This document shows, one piece after another, positions 1 through 13,500 of a DNA stretch of 64,000 nt. The DNA is from Eledone cirrhosa (taxonomy: Eukaryota): the NCBI GenBank assembly GCA_964016885.1, contig OZ024742.1, positions 162,068,001-162,132,000 of the forward strand, in the 5' to 3' direction. The translations under genes and the position numbers were made by a program. The notes beneath the pieces are model-generated. The model was not told where the DNA came from and did not search any database. It saw only the letters and a list, made by a program, of their open reading frames with translations. Positions within the stretch are counted from its first letter, which is position 1, and the number at the start of each line of letters is the position of its first letter.

Positions 1-2689
1 TACAGACCCTAACTAAACTACTAGCCTCTCTACAGACCCAAACTAAACTACTAGCCTCTCTCCACAGACCCAAACTAAACTACTAGCTCTCAACAGACCC
101 AAACTAAACTACTAGCTCTCTACAGACCCAAACTAAACTACTAGCCTCAACAGACCCAAACTAAACTACTAGCTCTCTACAGACCCAAACTAAACTGCTA
201 GCACTCAACAGACCCAAACTAAACTACTAGCTCTCTACAGACCCAAACTAAACTACTAGCTCTCTACAGACCCAAACTAAACTACTAGCTCTCAACAGAC
301 CCAAACTAAACTACTAGCTCTCTACAGACCCAAACTAAACTACTAGCCTCTCTACAGACCCAAACTAAACTACTAGCTCTCTACAGACCCAAACTAAACT
401 ACTAGCCTCTCTACAGACCCAAACTAAACTACTAGCCTCTCTCCACAGACCCAAACTAAACTACTAGCTCTCTACAGACCCAAACTAAATTACTAGCCTC
501 TCTACAGACCCAAACTAAACTACTAGCTCTCTACAGACCCAAACTAAACTACTAGCCTCAACAGACCCAAACTAAACTACTAGCTCTCTACAGACCCAAA
601 CTAAACTACTAGCTCTCTACAGACCCAAACTAAACTACGAGCTCTCTACAGACCCAAACTAAACTACTAGCTCTCTACAGACCCAAACTAAACTACTAGC
701 TCTCTACAGACCCAAACTAAACTACTAGCCTCAACAGACCCAAACTAAACTACTAGCCTCTACAGACCCAAACTAAACTACTAGTTCTCTACAGACCCAA
801 ACTAAACTACTAGCTCTCTACAGACCCAAACTAAACTACTAGCTCTCTACAGACCCAAACTAAACTACTAGCCTCAACAGACCCAAACTAAACTACTAGC
901 TCTCTACAGACCCAAACTAAACTACTAGCCTCAACAGACCCAAACTAAACTACTAGCTCTCTACAGACCCAAACTAAACTGCTAGCTCTCAACAGACCCA
1001 AACTAAACTACTAGCTCTCTACAGACCCAAACTAAACTACTAGCTCTCTACAGACCCAAACTAAATTACTAGCCTCTCTACAGACCCAAATTAAACTACT
1101 AGCTCTCTACAGACCCAAACTAAACTACTAGCTCTCAACAGACCGAAACTAAACTACTAGCTCTCTACAGACCCAAACTAAACTACTAGCTCTCTACAGA
1201 CCCAAACTAAACTACTAGCTCTCTACAGACCCAAACTAAACTACTAGCTCTCTACAGACCCAAACTAAACTACTAGCTCTCTACAGACCCAAACTAAACT
1301 ACTAGCCTCAACAGACCCAAACTAAACTACTAGCCTCTACAGACCCAAACTAAACTACTAGTTCTCTACAGACCCAAACTAAACTACTAGCTCTCTACAG
1401 ACCCAAACTAAACTACGAGCTCTCTACAGACCCAAACTAAACTACTAGCCTCAACAGACCCAAACTAAACTACTAGCTCTCTACAGACCCAAACTAAACT
1501 ACTAGCCTCAACAGACCCAAACTAAACTACTAGCTCTCTACAGACCCAAACTAAACTGCTAGCTCTCAACAGACCCAAACTAAACTACTAGCTCTCTACA
1601 GACCCAAACTAAACTACTAGCTCTCTACAGACCCAAACAAAACTACTAGCCTCAACAGACCCAAACTAAACTACTAGCTCTCAACAGACCCAAACTAAAC
1701 TACTAGCTCTCTACAGACCCAAACTAAACTACTAGCTCTCAACAGACCGAAACTAAACTACTAGCTCTCAACAGACCGAAACTAAACTACTAGCTCTCTA
1801 CAGACCCAAACTAAACTACTAGCCTCTCTACAGACCCAAACTAAACTACTAGCTCTCTACAGACCCAAACTAAACTACTAGCCTCTCTACAGACCCAAAC
1901 TAAACTACTAGCCTCTCTCCACAGACCCAAACTAAACTACTAGCTCTCTACAGACCCAAACTAAATTACTAGCCTCTCTACAGACCCAAACTAAACTACT
2001 AGCTCTCTACAGACCCAAACTAAACTACTAGCCTCAACAGACCCAAACTAAACTACTAGCTCTCTACAGACCCAAACTAAACTACTAGCTCTCTACAGAC
2101 CCAAACTAAACTACTAGCTCTCTACAGACCCAAACTAAACTACTAGCTATCTACAGACCCAAACTAAACTACTAGCCTGAACAGACCCAAACTAAACTAC
2201 TAGCCTCTACAGACCCAAACTAAACTACTAGTTCTCTACAGACCCAAACTAAACTACTAGCTCTCTACAGACCCAAACTAAACTACTAGCTCTCTACAGA
2301 CCCAAACTAAACTACTAGCCTCAACAGACCCAAACTAAACTACTAGCTCTCTACAGACCCAAACTAAACTACTAGCCTCAACAGACCCAAACTAAACTAC
2401 TAGCTCTCTACAGACCCAAACTAAACTACTAGCTCTCTACAGACCCAAACTAAACTGCTAGCTCTCAACAGACCCAAACTAAACTACTAGCTCTCTACAG
2501 ACCCAAACTAAACTACTAGCTCTCTACAGACCCAAACAAAACTACTAGCCTCAACAGACCCAAACTAAACTACTAGCTCTCAACAGACCCAAACTAAACT
2601 ACTAGCTCTCTACAGACCCAAACTAAACTACTAGCCTCCACAGACCCAAAATAAACTACTAGCTCTCAACAGACCCAAACTAAACTACT

Positions 2690-5600
2690 AGCTCTCTACA
2701 GACCCAAACTAAACTACTAGCCTCAACAGACCCAAACTAAACTACTAGCTCTCTACAGACCGAAACTAAATTACTAGCCTCTCTACAGACCCAAACTAAA
2801 CTACTAGCTCTCTACAGACCCAAACTAAACTACTAGCCTCAACAGACCCAAACTAAACTACTAGCTCTCTACAGACCCAAACTAAACTACTAGCTCTCTA
2901 CAGACCCAAACTAAACTACTAGCTCTCTACAGACCCAAACTAAACTACTAGCTCTCTACAGACCCAAACTAAACTACTAGCCTCAACAGACCCAAACTAA
3001 ACTACTAGCCTCTACAGACCCAAACTAAACTACTAGTTCTCTACAGACCCAAACTAAACTACTAGCTCTCTACAGACCCAAACTAAACTACTAGCCTCAA
3101 CAGACCCAAACTAAACTACTAGCTCTCTACAGACCCAAAATAAACTACTAGCTCTCAACAGACCCAAACTAAACTACTAGCTCTCTACAGACCCAAACTA
3201 AACTACTAGCCTCTACAGACCCAAACTAAACTACTAGTTCTCTACAGACCCAAACTAAACTACTAGCTCTCTACAGACCCAAACTAAACTACTAGCCTCA
3301 ACAGACCCAAACTAAACTACTAGCTCTCTACAGACCCAAACTAAACTGCTAGCTCTCAACAGACCCAAACTAAACTACTAGCTCTCTACAGACCCAAACT
3401 AAACTACTAGCTCTCTACAGACCCAAACTAAACTACTAGCTCTCTACAGACCCAAACAAAACTACTAGCCTCAACAGACCCAAACTAAACTACTAGCTCT
3501 CAACAGACTCAAACTAAACTACTAGCTCTCTACAGACCCAAACTAAACTACTAGCCTCCACAGACCCAAAATAAACTACTAGCTCTCAACAGACCCAAAC
3601 TAAACTACTAGCTCTCTACAGACCCAAACTAAACTACTAGCCTCCACAGACCCAAAATAAACTACTAGCTCTCAACAGACCCAAACTAAACTACTAGCTC
3701 TCTACAGACCCAAACTAAACTACTAGCCTCTCTACAGACCCTAACTAAACTACTAGCCTCTCTACAGACCCAAACTAAACTACTAGCCTCTCTCCACAGA
3801 CCCAAACTAAACTACTAGCTCTCAACAGACCCAAACTAAACTACTAGCTCTCTACAGACCCAAACTAAACTACTAGCCTCAACAGACCCAAACTAAACTA
3901 CTAGCTCTCTACAGACCCAAACTAAACTGCTAGCTCTCAACAGACCCAAACTAAACTACTAGCTCTCTACAGACCCAAACTAAACTACTAGCTCTCTACA
4001 GACCCAAACTAAACTACTAGCTCTCAACAGACCCAAACTAAACTACTAGCTCTCTACAGACCCAAACTAAACTACTAGACTCTCTACAGACCCAAACTAA
4101 ACTACTAGCTCTCTACAGACCCAAACTAAACTACTAGCCTCTCTACAGACCCAAACTAAACTACTAGCCTCTCTCCACAGACCCAAACTAAACTACTAGC
4201 TCTCTACAGACCCAAACTAAATTACTAGCCTCTCTACAGACCCAAACTAAACTACTAGCTCTCTACAGACCCAAACTAAACTACTAGCCTCAACAGACCC
4301 AAACTAAGCTACTAGCTCTCTACAGACCCAAACTAAACTACTAGCTCTCTACAGACCCAAACTAAACTACTAGCCTCAACAGACCCAAACTAAGCTACTA
4401 GCTCTCTACAGACCCAAACTAAACTACTAGCCTCAACAGACCCAAACTAAACTACTAGCCTCAACAGACCCAAACTAAACTACTAGCTCTCTACAGACCG
4501 AAACTAAATTACTAGCCTCTCTACAGACCCAAACTAAACTACTAGCTCTCTACAGACCCAAACTAAACTACTAGCCTCAACAGACCCAAACTAAACTACT
4601 AGCTCTCTACAGACCCAAACTAAACTACTAGCTCTCTACAGACCCAAACTAAACTACTAGCTCTCTACAGACCCAAACTAAACTACTAGCTCTCTACAGA
4701 CCCAAACTAAACTACTAGCCTCAACAGACCCAAACTAAACTACTAGCCTCTACAGACCCAAACTAAACTACTAGTTCTCTACAGACCCAAACTAAACTAC
4801 TAGCTCTCTACAGACCCAAACTAAACTACTAGCCTCAACAGACCCAAACTAAACTACTAGCTCTCTACAGACCCAAAATAAACTACTAGCTCTCAACAGA
4901 CCCAAACTAAACTACTAGCTCTCTACAGACCCAAACTAAACTACTAGCCTCTACAGACCCAAACTAAACTACTAGTTCTCTACAGACCCAAACTAAACTA
5001 CTAGCTCTCTACAGACCCAAACTAAACTACTAGCCTCAACAGACCCAAACTAAACTACTAGCTCTCTACAGACCCAAACTAAACTGCTAGCTCTCAACAG
5101 ACCCAAACTAAACTACTAGCTCTCTACAGACCCAAACTAAACTACTAGCTCTCTACAGACCCAAACTAAACTACTAGCTCTCTACAGACCCAAACAAAAC
5201 TACTAGCCTCAACAGACCCAAACTAAACTACTAGCTCTCAACAGACTCAAACTAAACTACTAGCTCTCTACAGACCCAAACTAAACTACTAGCCTCCACA
5301 GACCCAAAATAAACTACTAGCTCTCAACAGACCCAAACTAAACTACTAGCTCTCTACAGACCCAAACTAAACTACTAGCCTCCACAGACCCAAAATAAAC
5401 TACTAGCTCTCAACAGACCCAAACTAAACTACTAGCTCTCTACAGACCCAAACTAAACTACTAGCCTCTCTACAGACCCTAACTAAACTACTAGCCTCTC
5501 TACAGACCCAAACTAAACTACTAGCCTCTCTCCACAGACCCAAACTAAACTACTAGCTCTCAACAGACCCAAACTAAACTACTAGCTCTCTACAGACCCA

Positions 5601-6100
5601 AACTAAACTACTAGCCTCAACAGACCCAAACTAAACTACTAGCTCTCTACAGACCCAAACTAAACTGCTAGCTCTCAACAGACCCAAACTAAACTACTAG
5701 CTCTCTACAGACCCAAACTAAACTACTAGCTCTCTACAGACCCAAACTAAACTACTAGCTCTCAACAGACCCAAACTAAACTACTAGCTCTCTACAGACC
5801 CAAACTAAACTACTAGACTCTCTACAGACCCAAACTAAACTACTAGCTCTCTACAGACCCAAACTAAACTACTAGCCTCTCTACAGACCCAAACTAAACT
5901 ACTAGCCTCTCTCCACAGACCCAAACTAAACTACTAGCTCTCTACAGACCCAAACTAAATTACTAGCCTCTCTACAGACCCAAACTAAACTACTAGCTCT
6001 CTACAGACCCAAACTAAACTACTAGCCTCAACAGACCCAAACTAAGCTACTAGCTCTCTACAGACCCAAACTAAACTACTAGCTCTCTACAGACCCAAAC
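2690..6100 (+). repeat. Higher-order tandem duplication inside the satellite, period 1738 bp (~60 monomers); boundaries approximate
   Basis: Rare variants recur exactly 1738 bp apart: GACCGAAA (G at 2762/4500), ACAGACTC (3503/5241), TAGACTCTC (4076/5814), AAGCT (4306/6044). Confidence 0.9.
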
Positions 6101-8949
6101 TAAACTACGAGCTCTCTACAGACCCAAACTAAACTACTAGCTCTCTACAGACCCAAACTAAACTACTAGCCTCAACAGACCCAAACTAAACTACTAGCCT
6201 CTACAGACCCAAACTAAACTACTAGTTCTCTACAGACCCAAACTAAACTACTAGCTCTCTACAGACCCAAACTAAACTACTAGCTCTCTACAGACCCAAA
6301 CTAAACTACTAGCCTCAACAGACCCAAACTAAACTACTAGCTCTCTACAGACCCAAACTAAACTACTAGCCTCAACAGACCCAAACTAAACTACTAGCTC
6401 TCTACAGACCCAAACTAAACTGCTAGCTCTCAACAGACCCAAACTAAACTACTAGCTCTCTACAGACCCAAACTAAACTACTAGCTCTCTACAGACCCAA
6501 ACTAAACTACTAGCCTCAACAGACCCAAACTAAACTACTAGCTCTCAACAGACCCAAACTAAACTACTAGCTCTCTACAGACCCAAACTAAACTACTAGC
6601 CTCCACAGACCCAAAATAAACTACTAGCTCTCAACAGACCCAAACTAAACTACTAGCTCTCTACAGACCCAAACTAAACTACTAGCCTCCACAGACCCAA
6701 AATAAACTACTAGCTCTCAACAGACCCAATCTAAACTACTAGCTCTCTACAGACCCAAACTAAACTACTAGCCTCTCTACAGACCCTAACTAAACTACTA
6801 GCCTCTCTACAGACCCAAACTAAACTACTAGCCTCTCTCCACAGACCCAAACTAAACTACTAGCTCTCTACAGACCCAAACTAAATTACTAGCCTCTCTA
6901 CAGACCCAAATTAAACTACTAGCTCTCTACAGACCCAAACTAAACTACTAGCTCTCAACAGACCCAAACTAAACTACTAGCTCTCTACAGACCCAAACTA
7001 AACTACTAGCCTCTCTACAGACCCAAACTAAACTACTAGCTCTCTACAGACCCAAACTAAACTACTAGCCTCTCTACAGACCCAAACTAAACTACTAGCC
7101 TCTCTCCACAGACCCAAACTAAACTACTAGCTCTCTACAGACCCAAACTAAATTACTAGCCTCTCTACAGACCCAAACTAAACTACTAGCTCTCTACAGA
7201 CCCAAACTAAACTACTAGCCTCAACAGACCCAAACTAAACTACTAGCTCTCTACAGACCCAAACTAAACTACTAGCTCTCTACAGACCCAAACTAAACTA
7301 CTAGCTCTCTACAGACCCAAACTAAACTACTAGCTCTCTACAGACCCAAACTAAACTACTAGCCTCAACAGACCCAAACTAAACTACTAGCCTCTACAGA
7401 CCCAAACTAAACTACTAGTTCTCTACAGACCCAAACTAAACTACTAGCTCTCTACAGACCCAAACTAAACTACTAGCTCTCTACAGACCCAAACTAAACT
7501 ACTAGCTCTCTACAGACCCAAACTAAACTACTAGCCTCAACAGACGCAAACAAAACTACTAGCCTCAACAGACCCAAACTAAACTACTAGCTCTCAACAG
7601 ACCCAAACTAAACTACTAGCTCTCTACAGACCCAAACTAAACTATTAGCCTCCACAGACCCAAAATAAACTACTAGCTCTCAACAGACCCAAACTAAACT
7701 ACTAGCTCTCTACAGACCCAAACTAAACTACTAGCCTCCACAGACCCAAAATAAACTACTAGCTCTCAACAGACCCAAACTAAACTACTAGCTCTCTACA
7801 GACCCAAACTAAACTACTAGCCTCCACAGACCCAAAATAAACTACTAGCTCTCAACAGACCCAAACTAAACTACTAGCTCTCTACAGACCCAAATTAAAC
7901 TACTAGCCTCTCTACAGACCCTAACTAAACTACTAGCCTCTCTACAGACCCAAACTAAACTACTAGCCTCTCTCCACAGACCCAAACTAAACTACTAGCT
8001 TCTCTACAGACCCAAACTAAATTACTAGCTTCTCTACAGACCCAAATTAAACTACTAGCTCTCTACAGACCCAAACTAAACTACTAGCCTCTCTACAGAC
8101 CCAAACTAAACTACTAGCTCTCTACAGACCCAAACTAAACTACTAGCCTCTCTACAGACCCAAACTAAACTACTAGCCTCTCTACAGACCCAAACTAAAC
8201 TACTAGCTCTCTACAGACCCAAACTAAACTACTAGCTCTCTACAGACCCAAACTAAACTACTAGCTCTCTACAGACCCAAACTAAACTACTAGCCTCAAC
8301 AGACCCAAACTAAACTACTAGCCTCTACAGACCCAAACTAAACTACTAGTTCTCTACAGACCCAAACTAAACTACTAGATCTCTACAGACCCAAACTAAA
8401 CTACTAGCTCTCTACAGACCCAAACTAAACTACTAGCCTCAACAGACCCAAACTAAACTACTAGCTCTCTACAGACCCAAACTAAACTACTAGCCTCAAC
8501 AGACCCAAACTAAACTACTAGCTCTCTACAGACCCAAACTAAACTGCTAGCTCTCTACAGACCCAAACTAAACTACTAGCTCTCTACAGACCCAAACAAA
8601 ACTACTAGCCTCAACAGACCCAAACTAAACTACTAGCTCTCAACAGACCCAAACTAAACTACTAGCTCTCTACAGACCCAAACTAAACTACTAGCCTCCA
8701 CAGACCCAAAATAAACTACTAGCTCTCAACAGACCCAAACTAAACTACTAGCTCTCTACAGACCCAAACTAAACTACTAGCCTCTCTACAGACCAAAACT
8801 AAACTACTAGCCTCTCTACAGACCCAAACTAAACTACTAGCCTCTCCACAGACCCAAACTAAACTACTAGCTCTCTACAGACCCAAACTAAATTACTAGC
8901 CTCTCTACAGACACAAATTAAACTACTAGCTCTCTACAGACCCAAACTA

Positions 8950-11900
8950 AACTACTAGCTCTCAACAGACCCAAACTAAACTACTAGCTCTCTACAGACC
9001 CAAACTAAACTACTAGCCTCTCTACAGACCCAAACTAAACTACTAGCCTCTCTACAGACCCAAACTAAACTACTAGCCTCTCTACAGACCCAAACTAAAC
9101 TACTAGCCTCTCTCCACAGACCCAAACTAAATTACTAGCTCTCTACAGACCCAAACTAAATTACTAGCCTCTCTACAGACCCAAACTAAACTACTAGCCT
9201 CAACAGACCCAAACTAAACTACTAGCTCTCTACAGACCCAAACTAAACTACTAGCTCTCTACAGACCCAAACTAAACTACTAGCTCTCAACAGACCCAAA
9301 CTAAACTACTAGCTCTCTACAGACCCAAACTAAACTACTAGCTCTCTACAGACCCAAACTAAACTACTAGCTCTCTACAGACCCAAACTAAACTACTAGC
9401 CTCAACAGACCCAAACTAAACTACTAGCCTCAACAGACCCAAACTAAACTACTAGCTCTCTACAGACCCAAACTAAACTACTAGCTCTCTACAGACCCAA
9501 ACTAAACTACTAGCCTCCACAGACCCAAACTAAACTACTAGCTCTCAACAGACCCAAACTAAACTACTAGCTCTCTACAGACCCTAACTAAACTACTAGC
9601 CTCTCTACAGACCCAAACTAAACTACTAGCCTCTCTACAGACCCAAACTAAACTACTAGCCTCTCTACAGACCCAAACCAAACTAGTAGCCTCTCTCCAC
9701 AGACCCAAACTAAACTACTAGCTCTCTACAGACCCAAACTAAATTACTAGCCTCTCTACAGACCCAAACTAAACTACTAGCTCTCTACAGACCCAAACTA
9801 AACTACTAGCTCTCTACAGACCCAAACTAAACTACTAGCTCTCTACAGACCCAAACTAAACTACTAGCTCTCTACAGACCCAAACTAAACTACTAGCTCT
9901 CTACAGACCCAAACTAAACTACTAGCTCTCTACAGACCCAAACTAAATTACTAGCCTCTCTACAGACCCAAACTAAACTACTAGCTCTCTACAGACCCAA
10001 ACTAAACTACTAGCTCTCAACAGACCCAAACTAAACTACTAGCTCTCTACAGACCCAAACTAAACTACTAGCTCTCTACAGACCCAAACTAAACTACTAG
10101 CCTCTCTCTACAGACCAAAACTAAATTACTAGCCTCTCTCTACAGACCCAAATTAAATTACTAGCCTCTCTACAGACCCAAACTAAACTACTAGCTCTCT
10201 ACAGACCCAAACTAAACTACTAGCCCTCTACAGACCCAAACTAAACTACTAGCCTCAACAGACCCAAACTAAACTACTAGCTCTCTACAGACCCAAACTA
10301 AACTACTAGCTCTCTACAGACCCAAACTAAACTACTAGCCTCAACAGACCCAAACTAAACTACTAGCTCTCTACAGACCCAAACTAAACTGCTAGCTCTC
10401 AACAGACCCAAACTAAACTACTAGCTCTCTACAGACCCAAACTAAACTACTAGCTCTCTACAGACCCAAACTAAACTACTAGCCTCAACAGATCCAAACT
10501 AAACTACTAGCTCTCAACAGACCCAAACTAAACTACTAGCTCTCTAAAGACCCAAACTAAACTACTAGCCTCCACAGACCCAAAATAAACTACTAGCTCT
10601 CAACAGACCCAAACTAAACTACTAGCTCTCTACAGACCCAAACTAAACTACTAGCCTCCACAGACCCAAAATAAACTACTAGCTCTCAACAGACCCAAAC
10701 TAAACTACTAGCTCTCTACAGACCAAAACTAAACTACTAGCCTCAACAGATCCAAACTAAACTACTAGCCTCTCTACAGACCAAAACTAAACTACTAGCC
10801 TCTCTACAGACCCAAACTAAACTACTAGCCTCTCTCCACAGACCCAAACTAAACTACTAGCCTCTCTACAGACCCAAACTAAACTACTAGCTCTCTACAG
10901 ACCCAAACTAAACTACTAGCCTCAACAGACCCAAACTAAACTACTAGCTCTCTACAGAACCAAACTAAACTACTAGCTCTCTACAGACCCAAACTAAACT
11001 ACTAGCTCTCTACAGACCCAAACTAAACTACTAGCTCTCTACATACCCAAACTAAACTACTAGCTCTCTACAGATCCAAACTAAACTACTAGCCTCAACA
11101 GACCCAAACTAAACTACTAGCTCACAACAGACCCAAACTAAACTACGAGCTCTCTACAGACCCAAACTAAACTACTAGCTTTCTACAGACCCAAACTAAA
11201 CTACTAGCTCTCTACAGACCAAAACTAAACTACTAGCCCTCTACAGACCCAAACTAAACTACTAGCCTCAACAGACCCAAACTAAACTACTAGCTCTCTA
11301 CAGACCCAAACTAAACTACTAGCTCTCTACAGACCCAAACTAAACTACTAGCTCTCTACAGACCCAAACTAAACTACTAGCTCTCAACAGATCCAAACTA
11401 AACTACTAGCTCTCTACAGACCCAAACTAAACTACTAGCCTCTCTACAGACCCAAACTAAACTACTAGCCTCTCTACAGACCCAAACTAAACTACTAGCC
11501 TCTCTACAGACCCAAACTAAACTACTAGCCTCTCTCCACAGACCCAAACTAAATTACTAGCTCTCTACAGACCCAAACTAAATTACTAGCCTCTCTACAG
11601 ACACAAACTAAACTACTAGCCTCAACAGACCCAAACTAAACTACTAGCTCTCTACAGACCCAAACTAAACTACTAGCTCTCTACAGACCCAAACTAAACT
11701 ACTAGCTCTCAACAGACCCAAACTAAACTACTAGCTCTCTACAGACCCAAACTAAACTACTAGCTCTCTACAGACCCAAACTAAACTACTAGCTCTCTAC
11801 AGACCCAAACTAAACTACTAGCCTCAACAGACCCAAACTAAACTACTAGCCTCAACAGACCCTAACTAAACTACTAGCTCTCTACAGACCCAAACTAAAC

Positions 11901-13500
11901 TACTAGCTCTCTACAGACCCAAACTAAACTACTAGCCTCCACAGTCCCAAACAAAACTACTAGCTCTCAACAGACCCAAACTAAACTACTAGCTCTCTAC
12001 AGACCCTAACTAAACTACTAGCCTCTCTACAGACCCAAACTAAACTACTAGCCTCTCTACAGACCCAAACTAAACTACTAGCCTCTCTACAGACCCAAAC
12101 TAAACTAGTAGCCTCTCTCCACAGACCCAAACTAAACTACTAGCTCTCTACAGACCCAAACTAAATTACTAGCCTCTCTACAGACCCAAACTAAACTACT
12201 AGCTCTCTACAGACCCAAACTAAACTACTAGCTCTCTACAGACCCAAACTAAACTACTAGCTCTCTACAGACCCAAACTAAACTACTAGCTCTCTACAGA
12301 CCCAAACTAAACTACTAGCTCTCTACAGACCCAAACTAAACTACTAGCTCTCTACAGACCCAAACTAAATTACTAGCCTCTCTACAGACCCAAACTAAAC
12401 TACTAGCTCTCTACAGACCCAAACTAAACTACTAGCTCTCAACAGACCCAAACTAAACTACTAGCTCTCTACAGACCCAAACTAAACTACTAGCTCTCTA
12501 CAGACCCAAACTAAACTACTAGCCTCTCTCTACAGACCAAAACTAAATTACTAGCCTCTCTCTACAGACCCAAATTAAATTACTAGCCTCTCTACAGACC
12601 CAAACTAAACTACTAGCTCTCCACAGTCCCAAACTAAACTACTAGCTCTCTACAGACCCAAACTAAACTGCTAGCTCTCAGCAGACCCAAACTAAACTAC
12701 TAGCTCTCTACAGACCCAAACTAAACTACTAGCTCTCTACAGACCCAAACTAAACTACTAGCCTCAACAGATCCAAACTAAACTACTAGCTCTCAACAGA
12801 CCCAAACTAAACTACTAGCTCTCTAAAGACCCAAACTAAACTACTAGCCTCCACAGACCCAAAATAAACTACTAGCTCTCAACAGACCCAAACTAAACTA
12901 CTAGCTCTCTACAGACCCAAACTAAACTACTAGCCTCCACAGACCCAAAATAAACTACTAGCTCTCAACAGACCCAAACTAAACTACTAGCTCTCTACAG
13001 ACCCAAACTAAACTACTAGCCTCTCTACAGACCAAAACTAAACTACTAGCCTCTCTACAGACCCAAACTAAACTACTAGCCTCTCTCCACAGACCCAAAC
13101 TAAACTACTAGCTCTCTACAGACCCAAACTAAACTACTAGCTCTCTACAGACCCAAACTAAACTACTAGCCTCTCTACAGACCCAAACTAAACTACTAGC
13201 TCTCTACAGACCCAAACTAAACTACTAGCCTCAACAGACCCAAACTAAACTACGAGCTCTCTACAGACCCAAACTAAACTACTAGCTCTCTACAGACCCA
13301 AACTAAACTACTAGCTCTCTACAGACCCAAACTAAACTACTAGCTCTCTACAGATCCAAACTAAACTACTAGCCTCAACAGACCCAAACTAAACTACTAG
13401 CTCACAACAGACCCAAACTAAACTACGAGCTCTCTACAGACCCAAACTAAACTACTAGCTTTCTACAGACCAAAACTAAACTACTAGCTCTCTACAGACC
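8950..13500 (+). repeat. Diverged higher-order duplication, offset ~2280-2420 bp; boundaries approximate
   Basis: Marker pairs CTAGTAG (9683/12105, 2422), TAAAG (10545/12824, 2279), CTCACAACAG (11121/13401, 2280). The offset change implies gain or loss of several monomers. Confidence 0.75.
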
